IMG/VR virus record: IMGVR_UViG_3300044858_005455
DNA: 64,000 bases
Strand: one strand, 5' to 3'
From: an uncultured virus (IMG/VR IMGVR_UViG_3300044858_005455)
Lineage: Duplodnaviria; Heunggongvirae; Uroviricota; Caudoviricetes
Shown piece by piece: positions 17,390 to 26,452 of this stretch. Both the position numbers and the translations under genes were made by a program. The first letter of the stretch is position 1; each line of letters starts with the position of its first letter. The notes under the pieces were generated by a model. It made no database searches. It had not been told where the DNA came from and saw only the letters and a program-made list of their open reading frames with translations.

Positions 17390-20300
17390 TTAGAAATCAG
17401 GATGATCTTCAGCTTCAGCGAGCTCTAGTTTGTAGTCGCCGAGGTCGAGATGTACAGCAGTTGCGATTTCCAACAACTGCTTGAGCTGGGGGTTCCTGAC
17501 ATAGTTAGAGAACTCACTTACCATATGGAACACACTAACGGGAACTATATCGTCAGCGCCATAACTGGCTGCGTCATCCTGGGTCATAGGAGCAACAGGA
17601 TCATAGCCCTGGCCAGTACGACGGAAGGCTCCGTATATGGCAGACGACATGATAAGGCTATCGCGAGCGAAGTTGCCCCGTTCGAGAGCGCCGTATGTAA
17701 GAGTACGAGCACGGGCATTTATAAGCTTGTAGATTACCGCGGGCTCCTTAGCTAGTTTAGCAGGCATAAGGTCAGCCATAACCCGAGCAGGAGGTACACC
17801 ACTTCCTTGGCGATCCGTATCCGCAAGCTTAGTGGAGTTGGCAGAGTAGTATAACCCGTCTTGTGATGACTTATACATAGGTACGCCAGCAGCCCAGGCG
17901 CGGGCTGCTTGCACTAAGGTTGCCATAAAGATCTTAGCCTCAGGGGTATAGCCCCCGAGACCCATGCTTTCATAGACGAAACGCCAAGCGATAACACACG
18001 CCTTAAGTGCGTCGGTATCGACGCCGCTAGCGCGGTACATACTATCCCATGTCTGAAAGGCAAGTGCAGAACAGATACCATAACCAACACCTACGGCTAC
18101 TTTGTAGTGCATATGCACCTCAGCAGCGTCGCTGACGTACTTATCGACAGCGATAGCAGTAGCTACGGCCTTATCCCACTTAGTAAGGGATTTCTTGTCC
18201 ATCTTATCTTCATAGCTCATGAAGGCGAAGAACGGCAGGTCATCTGCTTCGTAACAGTAGAAGTAGCCGCCCATGCCCATGAGACTAGCATTGATAGTGA
18301 GGGCACTTTCAGCGTTAATACCATACTTGTGAGCATTAATGCCGCCGCACTGGTCACCATCAGCATCGCCTTCGTTAACGGCGTGCCATAGGAGAGGGTT
18401 GACCGTATAGTGTGCGACGAAGGCATCAGTAGTAGAGAACTTGACGCGGCCGCATAGGATGAAACCCATAGGAGTACGTTGTATCCCAATAATCTGGTCC
18501 TCTTTGACGCCAAGCATACGCACCATAGGGCAATCGGGGTGCATGAGAATTACAGGCACGCCATCAGCACTATGAAGCAGCGGGCTATAGCTGGTCTTGA
18601 CCTTACCAACGACCACATCGCCGGCGCGGGCCATACTTTTCAGAATGCCCTTGGATTTAACTATGGTGTTACACCATGTGCGTAAACCACGGCTGACCTT
18701 AGCAGTCATGGAATAGATTTTACTATCCAAACCGCTCTGGTCTTCAATCCCTACATCAGTAACGTAGGCCAGCAGAGTTAGAAGGTCTAACATAATGCCA
18801 GTAGCGGAGGCGCCAGAGAAGGTACCGAATGCACTCAAGGCCTTACCATTGATATGAAGGGAGACTTCATTACCGTTATTCTGAGCAACGATATCCACTC
18901 CATTGGGGTAGACGGTGGCAAAACGGTCTAGCAGTTTGCGGTCACTGCCAGGGGCGCTATCAGAAACGTAGTTGTTAACTACACCGATAATGTCCCGTAG
19001 ATGGTCACGGCCCTCAGTAGTGCTGATGTTAATGTGAGCAGCACAGTCTTTAGATGTGATCATGTTAACTATGGATATGACGTTATCGTACTTAACCTCC
19101 TCCATGAGCGCTTCGCCCCAAGCGCGGTTCTGTAGAGCCACAATACCGATCTGCTCCATAGTCATCTTGGAGAATGCTACAGACTCACGAGGAGTGGCTA
19201 TCTCGATATCGTACGGCAGATAGCCGTATATAACCTCTACAGTTTCTTCGATACGGACAGTGGTATCGTTGATATCGATTACCTTGATGTCATCGTTAGT
19301 TACTACGGAGGAGATGGAATCCCACAGGTCGCGGGCCATATCAAAGGAGATGACCTCTTTAACACTGGCCCCAGTATCATCAGTAGCCAGTTTGGCTCGA
19401 GCCCACTCAGTAAAGGTATTAGTCTTAGTCATGAGATCAATGACTTCACCAGTGGCATCGATAGTGAGAAGCGCCCCCTCAGGAGTATAGGTGCAGCCCC
19501 CCTTCTCAATGGCGAACATCTCTATGAGTGCGGGCCATCCCTTAGTGGTCTCGTTATTTAGGATGATATTCCAGGGTTGAGATAATCCATTAACGTCATA
19601 GGGAAGAGTAGTAAGCTTCTTCCCTAGACCGCGGAGTTTGAGGACCTGGTCACGCCCTACCATCTCGGTCTCAAGTCGAATAGTGACGCTATCAGCGCGG
19701 CCCTCGACGCCATTACGCGTGACAGTCCCGCCTATTACACGGATGTCCTGCGCGAATGTCTCGTTCTTCACTATGCAGTACTTGCCCTGCATAATGCTGA
19801 TGATAGGGTTACCAGGAGCATAAACCTGCCCCTTTGCCTTCTCTATCTTGCCTTCGATTACTTCTATGAGTTTACTCGTGGCGTCATCTAGATCATCAGC
19901 CATAAGAGCGCGAACTGAGCTAGGAATACGGAGTACGTGAAACTCCTTAGTTATGGTTTTAGCTACGGTGTATTCGAACTCGAGGTCGCGGCGTATAGCA
20001 GCAACACCGCTGCCAAAGCCAAAGCGGCTATTGGTGAATGCAGTGCGTAGATAGAGGCCACCACCACAACTATAGCTATCATCACCTAAATCAACGCGAA
20101 GTAGGCTATCACGACGACCTACCACTTCAGCACGGGTGTATTTACCAGAGCTAGGTGGACGGTTGTATACCTTAGTGGGCTTGCTGAAATCATGGATGGA
20201 GTATATCTTACCATCCTTAAGTCCGAGGAACATGGCTTTGGCGGCCGGCCCTACAGCGATCCATTCCGCATTGTACTTATCAGGTGCTGCTATGACACCG

Positions 20301-22489
20301 GCTTTGAGCGACAATTCAAGATCGCTGGGAGCAAGATTAGTGTTCTCTACTTGCAGGAAGGGGAAGGCCTTATCCCAAGGCTTGAACACGATAGGACGAG
20401 TCGTACCGCGATTAATCTCAAACAGAGACTGACCTTCTTTAGGTTGAGCGCCGTAGTTGATCTTCTCACGCCACAGGTTAGTTACCTCATTGAGGATAGC
20501 ACGCGCACCAGTGGCGTTATGCGCTACCTTCATACAGAGCGCTACAAGGGCTACACGACCACTGTAGTCTTTGCCTCCTACTTTAACTAGTTCATTAGCG
20601 ATGCGACTCTGACGACCGTCATTGACAGTACTACTATTAAAGTTGAAAGTAGTGTTACGGTTATTACCCTTGATGACAACACAGGGGCCCTCAACACTAA
20701 CAATACGGTGTTGTTTAATACACAGGCAGCCTACGAGAGCAGCCAGGTCATCACCAGACCACGTGGCTAATTTAGTGAGGAAGTGCTCACTATACATGCT
20801 AACTAAGCATTCGGTCTTAGTAGTATAGGTATGCTTGTCGTCTTCATAGGGAATAGACTTAGTTACACCTAAGTTAATGACCTTAGGATTCATTTTAGAA
20901 TCCGTGGTGTAAACAACCCGATGGTCTAGAAGCGCAAGGAACTTCTTACACATACGGTTGTAACCAGATACGACATAGAGAATCGGACCTTCAGGCAGAA
21001 GGTCGAAGTTATTAGCTTCAAACAAACGGGTTAGCTCTTTACGAGCTGCTGTGATGCGCGCCTCCTGCTTAGGAGACACGACTCCACCGAGAGTACTAGG
21101 GTCAGGAATTAACATCTCGATAATGCTTTTCATGGCAGTGCTAGTGTTGGTGGTATTGGTAGAGGAGCTATCACTCTCTAACCCCTTAGTAGGGGCTCCT
21201 GTGTTAGAGAGCGGGTGGGTAGGAGTTATTGCTGCGGGCGCCGCACCAATAAGACCATCAATTGCTTGAATGGTTAATGCAACAGCATCATCGTTGTTGA
21301 CACTATTGTTAAAGACAAATTCCCAGTCTAATAACGTATTAGTGTCATCATATCCAACGTCTTCAGCATATTCGCCATAGGTTTTATAATCGAGTACGCT
21401 ATCATCGAGACCTACGACTTCACGACAAATTGCAAGATCTAAACTATCTACCACATCCATCCATGCATCATCAGGACCAGGTGCCCCGCTTTCTATAAAC
21501 GCGGTCATGAGGTAGTGAATACATAAGAGGCGGGCCACTAACGATGGGTCGTACATAAGCAGAGCTGCTTCGTATTCATCATTCTCATGCTCAGTACCTT
21601 CGTAGAACGATTTAGTGTCATGCCATTGAGCCGAGCCCGCGCCAATAGCGGCCTCAGACACCAGAGCTATATCTAGGTCTTCAGTAAGACCTAGAGCTTG
21701 GCAGTGGTGGACAAGCTCGTGAGTTATCGCGTATATATCTTCGAATGAAGATACAGTAACGACACTGTCACAATAAGACGCTATGTTCCCTTGTACGAAG
21801 GTGACACCACATAGTTTACCTACGACTATCATGCGGCAAGCCAGTACATCACTTGGTAATTCTGGTACTACAACGCTCATACAGCGTTTAACGCGTGCTG
21901 CCTTATTAGTAGCTTTAGCAGCTTTAGCTATCGCTAAAACGGCTTTAGCGTTTTTAGTTTTGTACTTCTTGCCCACACATGTGCGGCCGTTGCCACGATA
22001 GTTTAGGCGCCCTTGGTCGAGGGCAGCGATAATACTACCAGCAGCATTATTAACTACGGTAGCAACGGCTTTAGTGCCGGTGCCGGTGTTAGTAAGACGC
22101 GAGGGACGCGCAAATACTGCGCTGACAGCGCGCAGTATAGGTTTGGCCTTACGTTGTCGTAAGATAAGTTTGTCTACGACGTTACGGCCGCGTAACACGG
22201 GTTTGCGGGCGGCTGAGGCTGCGGCAGCTGCGGCACGACGTAGCGCACGTCGTACTGATTTTACAACGCAGGGGCGTTGGCTTTGAGGTAGAGAGCGGAT
22301 GGGGCGGCCGGCTGACGCTATACGACGAGAGCGACGGCGTACTACGCGATTAGCGCGACGGCTCGCTATCTGCTGAGCGCGGCGACCAGGGCCTACACGT
22401 CGTGCAGTAGTGCGAGCGGTTGCGATAACGGCGCTGATAGAGGCTACGAGAACATTGGATTGGAAGACGATAGAGTTGATGGTATTCAT
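17390..22489 (-). CDS. Putative single-chain two-barrel (double-psi beta-barrel) RNA polymerase with a basic N-terminus and a zincin-like motif
   Basis: IGIQRTP...YTVNPLLWHAVNEGDADGDQ matches beta' NRxP...IQLHPLVCAAYNADFDGDQ; KLRGLGKK...NIILN resembles beta GDKxxGRHGNKG...DIVLN; HELVH at aa ~257. Confidence 0.72.
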   Translation of the reverse strand: MNTINSIVFQSNVLVASISAVIATARTTARRVGPGRRAQQIASRRANRVVRRRSRRIASAGRPIRSLPQSQRPCVVKSVRRALRRAAAAAASAARKPVLRGRNVVDKLILRQRKAKPILRAVSAVFARPSRLTNTGTGTKAVATVVNNAAGSIIAALDQGRLNYRGNGRTCVGKKYKTKNAKAVLAIAKAAKATNKAARVKRCMSVVVPELPSDVLACRMIVVGKLCGVTFVQGNIASYCDSVVTVSSFEDIYAITHELVHHCQALGLTEDLDIALVSEAAIGAGSAQWHDTKSFYEGTEHENDEYEAALLMYDPSLVARLLCIHYLMTAFIESGAPGPDDAWMDVVDSLDLAICREVVGLDDSVLDYKTYGEYAEDVGYDDTNTLLDWEFVFNNSVNNDDAVALTIQAIDGLIGAAPAAITPTHPLSNTGAPTKGLESDSSSTNTTNTSTAMKSIIEMLIPDPSTLGGVVSPKQEARITAARKELTRLFEANNFDLLPEGPILYVVSGYNRMCKKFLALLDHRVVYTTDSKMNPKVINLGVTKSIPYEDDKHTYTTKTECLVSMYSEHFLTKLATWSGDDLAALVGCLCIKQHRIVSVEGPCVVIKGNNRNTTFNFNSSTVNDGRQSRIANELVKVGGKDYSGRVALVALCMKVAHNATGARAILNEVTNLWREKINYGAQPKEGQSLFEINRGTTRPIVFKPWDKAFPFLQVENTNLAPSDLELSLKAGVIAAPDKYNAEWIAVGPAAKAMFLGLKDGKIYSIHDFSKPTKVYNRPPSSGKYTRAEVVGRRDSLLRVDLGDDSYSCGGGLYLRTAFTNSRFGFGSGVAAIRRDLEFEYTVAKTITKEFHVLRIPSSVRALMADDLDDATSKLIEVIEGKIEKAKGQVYAPGNPIISIMQGKYCIVKNETFAQDIRVIGGTVTRNGVEGRADSVTIRLETEMVGRDQVLKLRGLGKKLTTLPYDVNGLSQPWNIILNNETTKGWPALIEMFAIEKGGCTYTPEGALLTIDATGEVIDLMTKTNTFTEWARAKLATDDTGASVKEVISFDMARDLWDSISSVVTNDDIKVIDINDTTVRIEETVEVIYGYLPYDIEIATPRESVAFSKMTMEQIGIVALQNRAWGEALMEEVKYDNVISIVNMITSKDCAAHINISTTEGRDHLRDIIGVVNNYVSDSAPGSDRKLLDRFATVYPNGVDIVAQNNGNEVSLHINGKALSAFGTFSGASATGIMLDLLTLLAYVTDVGIEDQSGLDSKIYSMTAKVSRGLRTWCNTIVKSKGILKSMARAGDVVVGKVKTSYSPLLHSADGVPVILMHPDCPMVRMLGVKEDQIIGIQRTPMGFILCGRVKFSTTDAFVAHYTVNPLLWHAVNEGDADGDQCGGINAHKYGINAESALTINASLMGMGGYFYCYEADDLPFFAFMSYEDKMDKKSLTKWDKAVATAIAVDKYVSDAAEVHMHYKVAVGVGYGICSALAFQTWDSMYRASGVDTDALKACVIAWRFVYESMGLGGYTPEAKIFMATLVQAARAWAAGVPMYKSSQDGLYYSANSTKLADTDRQGSGVPPARVMADLMPAKLAKEPAVIYKLINARARTLTYGALERGNFARDSLIMSSAIYGAFRRTGQGYDPVAPMTQDDAASYGADDIVPVSVFHMVSEFSNYVRNPQLKQLLEIATAVHLDLGDYKLELAEAEDHPDF

Positions 22490-22548
22490 GGTTAGTGGTA
22501 ATATATAGCCACTAAAGGAAAAAGGGGCCCAAGCAGGGCCCCTTTTTA

Positions 22549-23289
22549 TTAGTCAAGTAGATCGTTGATGTCGATGTCGACTGATAGGTCAGCCGGCACT
22601 TCCCATTCAGTAGTAGTATCATCAGATGATACTACTGACTCAGCAACAGTACCTGGCTTAGATACTATTGCTGCAGCATCTCGTGCAGCCTTAGCAGCCT
22701 CCCGTTTGCGTTTGCGGGCGGCCGCTTTACTATGTAACTGTTCTGCAGTTACCACGTTAGATTTTGCCGTTCCTTCAAACCCGTCCAGTATAGACGGGTC
22801 TATTTTGGGACGCACGACTTCTCGATGAAGTTGGATTTCTGCACCTTCAAGGTGAAAGTACTGGGTTATTGCGCCCTTGTATTCCGTTTCGCGTCCAACG
22901 CGGAGGTCTTCCGCGCTGAAGCTAACTTTTACACACCCCCACGAGCTGTCCCACCCGTCTTCAAAATCTGTAGATAACTCTACAGACATTATCACGTCAT
23001 CGCTGGCGTCTCCGGAGAGAAGCTCTACAAACTTGGCTGTAGATAAGCTACGGCCATCGGAGGTAGTGAGAGGTACCTCCCCGTTCTTAATGGATATCAG
23101 CCGGAATTCTAGCCAGTAGCTAGACCCATCCAGGCGGCGCTTGATAGCGCCATTGTGCACGTAAGCAAGAATGCCATGCTTAGTGATGGCAGTCTTGCTT
23201 ACGTTAAGTGTAAATACGTAGTTTTTCATGGTGGGTTGGTTAGAGGCTTGATTAGAGGCCTGGTTGTCGTTGTTGTTGTTGTTTCTCAT
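22549..23289 (-). CDS. Hypothetical protein with acidic C-terminal tail (possible ssDNA-binding protein)
   Basis: Start reassigned to MRNNNN (ATG 23289), 24 nt from the hairpin element; beta-rich core, basic helix, DIDINDLLD tail. Confidence 0.7.
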   Translation of the reverse strand: MRNNNNNDNQASNQASNQPTMKNYVFTLNVSKTAITKHGILAYVHNGAIKRRLDGSSYWLEFRLISIKNGEVPLTTSDGRSLSTAKFVELLSGDASDDVIMSVELSTDFEDGWDSSWGCVKVSFSAEDLRVGRETEYKGAITQYFHLEGAEIQLHREVVRPKIDPSILDGFEGTAKSNVVTAEQLHSKAAARKRKREAAKAARDAAAIVSKPGTVAESVVSSDDTTTEWEVPADLSVDIDINDLLD

Positions 23290-23456
23290 TGTGTATACTT
23301 GGGTGTATAGGACTACTAAAAGAAAAGGGGCCAATTGCTGGCGTACTTAACGAACTCAGGTGCTGAACTTCATTCCTCTTCTTTTTAAGGCGCTATCATT
23401 TAGAGACGAGGGGCCCGCCTCTATCTTGAATAAGAAGTAGAGACGGGCCCATAGCA

Positions 23457-23575
23457 TTACCCTATTAGAGTAATAATCTCCAAATCACCATCTGGTGCAA
23501 CATACCAGCGATGACCATTGAGGTCTAGATGACATGCCGGCCCATTTACAGACCGACGCTGAATTTACCTCCTAG
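23457..23575 (-). pseudogene. 5'-truncated copy of the 49-aa gene at 24399-24548
   Basis: IQRRSVNGPACHLDLNGHRWYVAPDGDLEIITLIG* fused directly to the RBS; the ATG, first codons and hairpin element are missing. Confidence 0.7.
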
Positions 23576-23588
23576 AATAAATGTTCAA

Positions 23589-24335
23589 TTATTCAGGTAA
23601 ATCTACAGCGGGAGCCCACCCCGCTTCTAACATCGACACGTAATCGATGTCGGGATGGTAGTCCCGTCCAACATAAACTCCTTTACCCCGCTGGTAGCGG
23701 CAGAGGGGTAAGGGTACGTACTTGAAAGGCCGTATAAAGGCATAGTTACCCTCATTCCAGGTAGCCACCTCCCAGTAAGTAGCCCACTCAGGAATTACCT
23801 CCGCTGTGGGTATCTTTACTTCCCACACGGTCGTGAAGGTGCGGCCAGGATTGAGCTTGACCAGCTGCTCTTCACAGACAGTTAGCTGTCCTTCATTGTA
23901 AAATACCTCTATACCTATCTTCTTAGCCATAGAAGATAAGATACCCGCTAGACGAGAGGGGCAGGGTAACTTTAGGTCATAGTGGTTGGAATTGAAGTCC
24001 CACGTGTCACGACACTCCACCTTGATGGTGTCTGGACCTACTGCCAGAATGCGGTAGTTGAAGTTACCGATGGCCCCGGCTAAAGAAGACCACCAGTCGT
24101 CGTAGTCCCCGGAAGCAGTGAGAGAGGTGCGGCGGCTCATTTCTTCGTCCTTAAGACGAGCCTTGAGGTTTATTATCACCGCATCGCGTGTCTCAGCGAT
24201 GTCGGCTTGAGATAGAGTCGGGGGCTGGGAACCTCCCATGAAGTAGTGTGAGATAAACGCCCACGTCGTTGGGTGGACGTAGACGCCCGCTGCCTGTAGT
24301 GCGGCGTAGATTGATGCTGCTAGGATTTTGTACAT
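23589..24335 (-). CDS. Hypothetical protein
   Basis: AGGAGG RBS, 248 aa, hairpin element upstream. Confidence 0.8.
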   Translation of the reverse strand: MYKILAASIYAALQAAGVYVHPTTWAFISHYFMGGSQPPTLSQADIAETRDAVIINLKARLKDEEMSRRTSLTASGDYDDWWSSLAGAIGNFNYRILAVGPDTIKVECRDTWDFNSNHYDLKLPCPSRLAGILSSMAKKIGIEVFYNEGQLTVCEEQLVKLNPGRTFTTVWEVKIPTAEVIPEWATYWEVATWNEGNYAFIRPFKYVPLPLCRYQRGKGVYVGRDYHPDIDYVSMLEAGWAPAVDLPE

Positions 24336-24398
24336 GTGTCCTCCTGGGACTGATAAATCACCAGAAGGAAAAAGGGAAGCATATAGCTCCCCATAGTG

Positions 24399-24548
24399 TT
24401 AGTCTATTAGAGTGATGACCTCGAAGTCACCATCTGGTAGAACATACCAGCGGTGACCATCCAGGTCTAGATGACATGCTGGCCCATCTACGGACCGGAG
24501 TTGAATCGTTTGATGATTTAATTGAAGATAAGTGTGATAAGGGGACAT
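24399..24548 (-). CDS. Small protein (49 aa)
   Basis: AGGAGG RBS and hairpin element; MSPYHTYLQLNHQTIQLRSVDGPACHLDLDGHRWYVLPDGDFEVITLID. Confidence 0.75.
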   Translation of the reverse strand: MSPYHTYLQLNHQTIQLRSVDGPACHLDLDGHRWYVLPDGDFEVITLID

Positions 24549-24757
24549 GGATTTACCTCCTAGAGTAAATATTCACTAGAAAGAAAAGGGGAGTGGGCCC
24601 TCCTGAGTATTAATTGATTACATAGATGCACTTAGCGTCTATGTAATCGAGTGAGTGGAACCACAGCCGTGACTCCACTCAGGTAGCGTAGGCATCCCAT
24701 TTACTCTGAGGAGTATTCGATTAATAGACTCCTCAGTAACTAGGACTTTATACCCTA

Positions 24758-25273
24758 TTACTTTAACCAGCTTAGATCTAGCTGGTAGTGAAAGAGCTTG
24801 TCACTCTTCTCTATTGTCTCAAACATCTCATAGAGGCACTCCTCGAGATGATCTCGGTCCACCCGGCTAGTCAGGCCGAGCCCCTCCCAGGTAGGCTGAG
24901 GGGGTTTAATCTCCACCAAGCAGGTCTTGGCGATGCCAACAACCAGACGAAGACTATCGGTACTATAAAGCTGGCCCAGCTTCTTATATACCGCCTCGGC
25001 ATCGGTAGTAAGCTGAAGAGCCCATAATTCCCCAGTATACTGGCGGACTATTACGTCCACCTTGTATACCCGGTCTAGGACTCCCCAATCATCAGTGGGG
25101 ACGAGACGACGAAGGACACCGCCTCGGGAGTTGAGCTCTAGATGCTTATTCGCGAGCTCATGGGCGGCGTTATACAAGTAACCCTCCCCCCATACCTCAC
25201 GGGGCTTGGGACATTTAAAACCTAATTCTTCAATCACACGCAACACTACTTTCTCCATTTGTAGACCATTCAT
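24758..25273 (-). CDS. Possible PD-(D/E)XK-fold nuclease
   Basis: E in the N-terminal helix, LDRVYKVDVIV...WALQLT pattern; RBS and hairpin element upstream. Confidence 0.5.
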   Translation of the reverse strand: MNGLQMEKVVLRVIEELGFKCPKPREVWGEGYLYNAAHELANKHLELNSRGGVLRRLVPTDDWGVLDRVYKVDVIVRQYTGELWALQLTTDAEAVYKKLGQLYSTDSLRLVVGIAKTCLVEIKPPQPTWEGLGLTSRVDRDHLEECLYEMFETIEKSDKLFHYQLDLSWLK

Positions 25274-25336
25274 GATGTACTCCTAGGATTATAAACTACT
25301 AGAAGGAAAAAGGGGCCTGCCCAGGCCCCTTAACTA

Positions 25337-25471
25337 CTACTCTTTGTCTACCTTACATAGTGAAGTAGGTAGAGGCCCATAACAGGCCTCATGGTATACT
25401 CCACCAATGATGGCACCGCATGTGCCAAGAATTACCGCAATAGCTGCTATGTAAGATAATGTGTATTTCAT
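25337..25471 (-). CDS. 44-aa membrane peptide, paralog 1
   Basis: AGGAGG RBS; MKYTLSYIAAIAVILGTCGAIIGGVYHEACYGPLPTSLCKVDKE. Confidence 0.75.
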   Translation of the reverse strand: MKYTLSYIAAIAVILGTCGAIIGGVYHEACYGPLPTSLCKVDKE

Positions 25472-25533
25472 AATCCCTCCTAGGGTTATAGATCACTAGA
25501 AGGAAAAAGGGGCCTGGGCAGGCCCCTTAACTA

Positions 25534-25668
25534 CTACTCTTTGTCTACCTCGCACGCCGTCACGGGGTAGTTACTGTGACAAATGCCTACGTATACTCCA
25601 CCAATGATGGCAGAGCATGTTAGTAAAACGGCACTGACAGCAATAACAATTGATAGTTTAGTATTCAT
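25534..25668 (-). CDS. 44-aa membrane peptide, paralog 2
   Basis: AGGAGG RBS; MNTKLSIVIAVSAVLLTCSAIIGGVYVGICHSNYPVTACEVDKE. Confidence 0.75.
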   Translation of the reverse strand: MNTKLSIVIAVSAVLLTCSAIIGGVYVGICHSNYPVTACEVDKE

Positions 25669-25749
25669 AATACCCTCCTTGGGTATAAAGATCACTAAAA
25701 GAAAAGGGGCTACGAGGCCCCTTTTCTTTTATTTCATGTCCAGATACTC

Positions 25750-25887
25750 CTAACGTACAGATGGTATGTTTTGACCGTCTCCACGGCTAGGTAATTGATT
25801 AGTTATTACCGGATTAGTTATTACCGTTATGAAGATGACGAGAATTATAACTATGGATACTACTAATGTTAATGCTAATGATTTCAT
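25750..25887 (-). CDS. 45-aa membrane peptide
   Basis: GGAGG RBS and hairpin element; MKSLALTLVVSIVIILVIFITVITNPVITNQLPSRGDGQNIPSVR. Confidence 0.7.
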   Translation of the reverse strand: MKSLALTLVVSIVIILVIFITVITNPVITNQLPSRGDGQNIPSVR

Positions 25888-25947
25888 AATCCCTCCCGGG
25901 TTAATAGTTCAATGAAAGAAAAAGGGGCACTGTGCCCCTTCTATCAA

Positions 25948-26271
25948 CTACTTAACAAGGATGTAGTTGATGTCGAACTGGAGTATATCCTCCTCCGTCC
26001 ATCGTTCTCCTTCTGCCAACCGCCGAGGGCTGACAAATAAACATACAATATACTCGGCCCCTGGGGGCACCTGTACCCGATTCACGGGTACGGTTACTCC
26101 GAGACGGGCGGAGAGTAGCTCCGCCGTAGAGAGGTGCCCTATAGCACTTGTCCAGTCAGTAATGGAGAGGAGAGCGCGGGCCTCTTCCTCTGAAATACAA
26201 GTGCTGGTTATAACCCCACCTGGTGTGGTGGGGTACAAAGAATTGGGAAAAGAGTTCAAAACGTAAAGCAT
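25948..26271 (-). CDS. acrIII-1: DUF1874 (STIV B116/YddF) family protein = AcrIII-1-like cA4 ring nuclease anti-CRISPR
   Basis: Start at ATG 26271 after AAGGAGG; MLYVLNSF...SAIGHLSTAELLSARLGVTVPVNRVQV...RRLAEG has the family's YxLNxF, SAIGH, NR and RLxEG motifs; His at position 46. Confidence 0.85.
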   Translation of the reverse strand: MLYVLNSFPNSLYPTTPGGVITSTCISEEEARALLSITDWTSAIGHLSTAELLSARLGVTVPVNRVQVPPGAEYIVCLFVSPRRLAEGERWTEEDILQFDINYILVK

Positions 26272-26452
26272 AATCTCCTCCTTAGAGATAAGGTTCACTA
26301 CGAGGAAAAAGGGACCCGAGGCCCCTCCTTATCTACTCTACTTATTTAGCTCCGCTCACTCACGGTGGAGCTTCGCTATTTTCTGCCTTATCTGTTCCAT
26401 CTCGCGGCGTAAAGCCACGAGATTAATAACAGGAGCGGGGCAGCGTTGTTAA

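Noticed and set aside
17450..23119. Numerous + strand ORFs opposite the large genes (also 35420-44541)
   Set aside because: Antisense shadows of long coding frames
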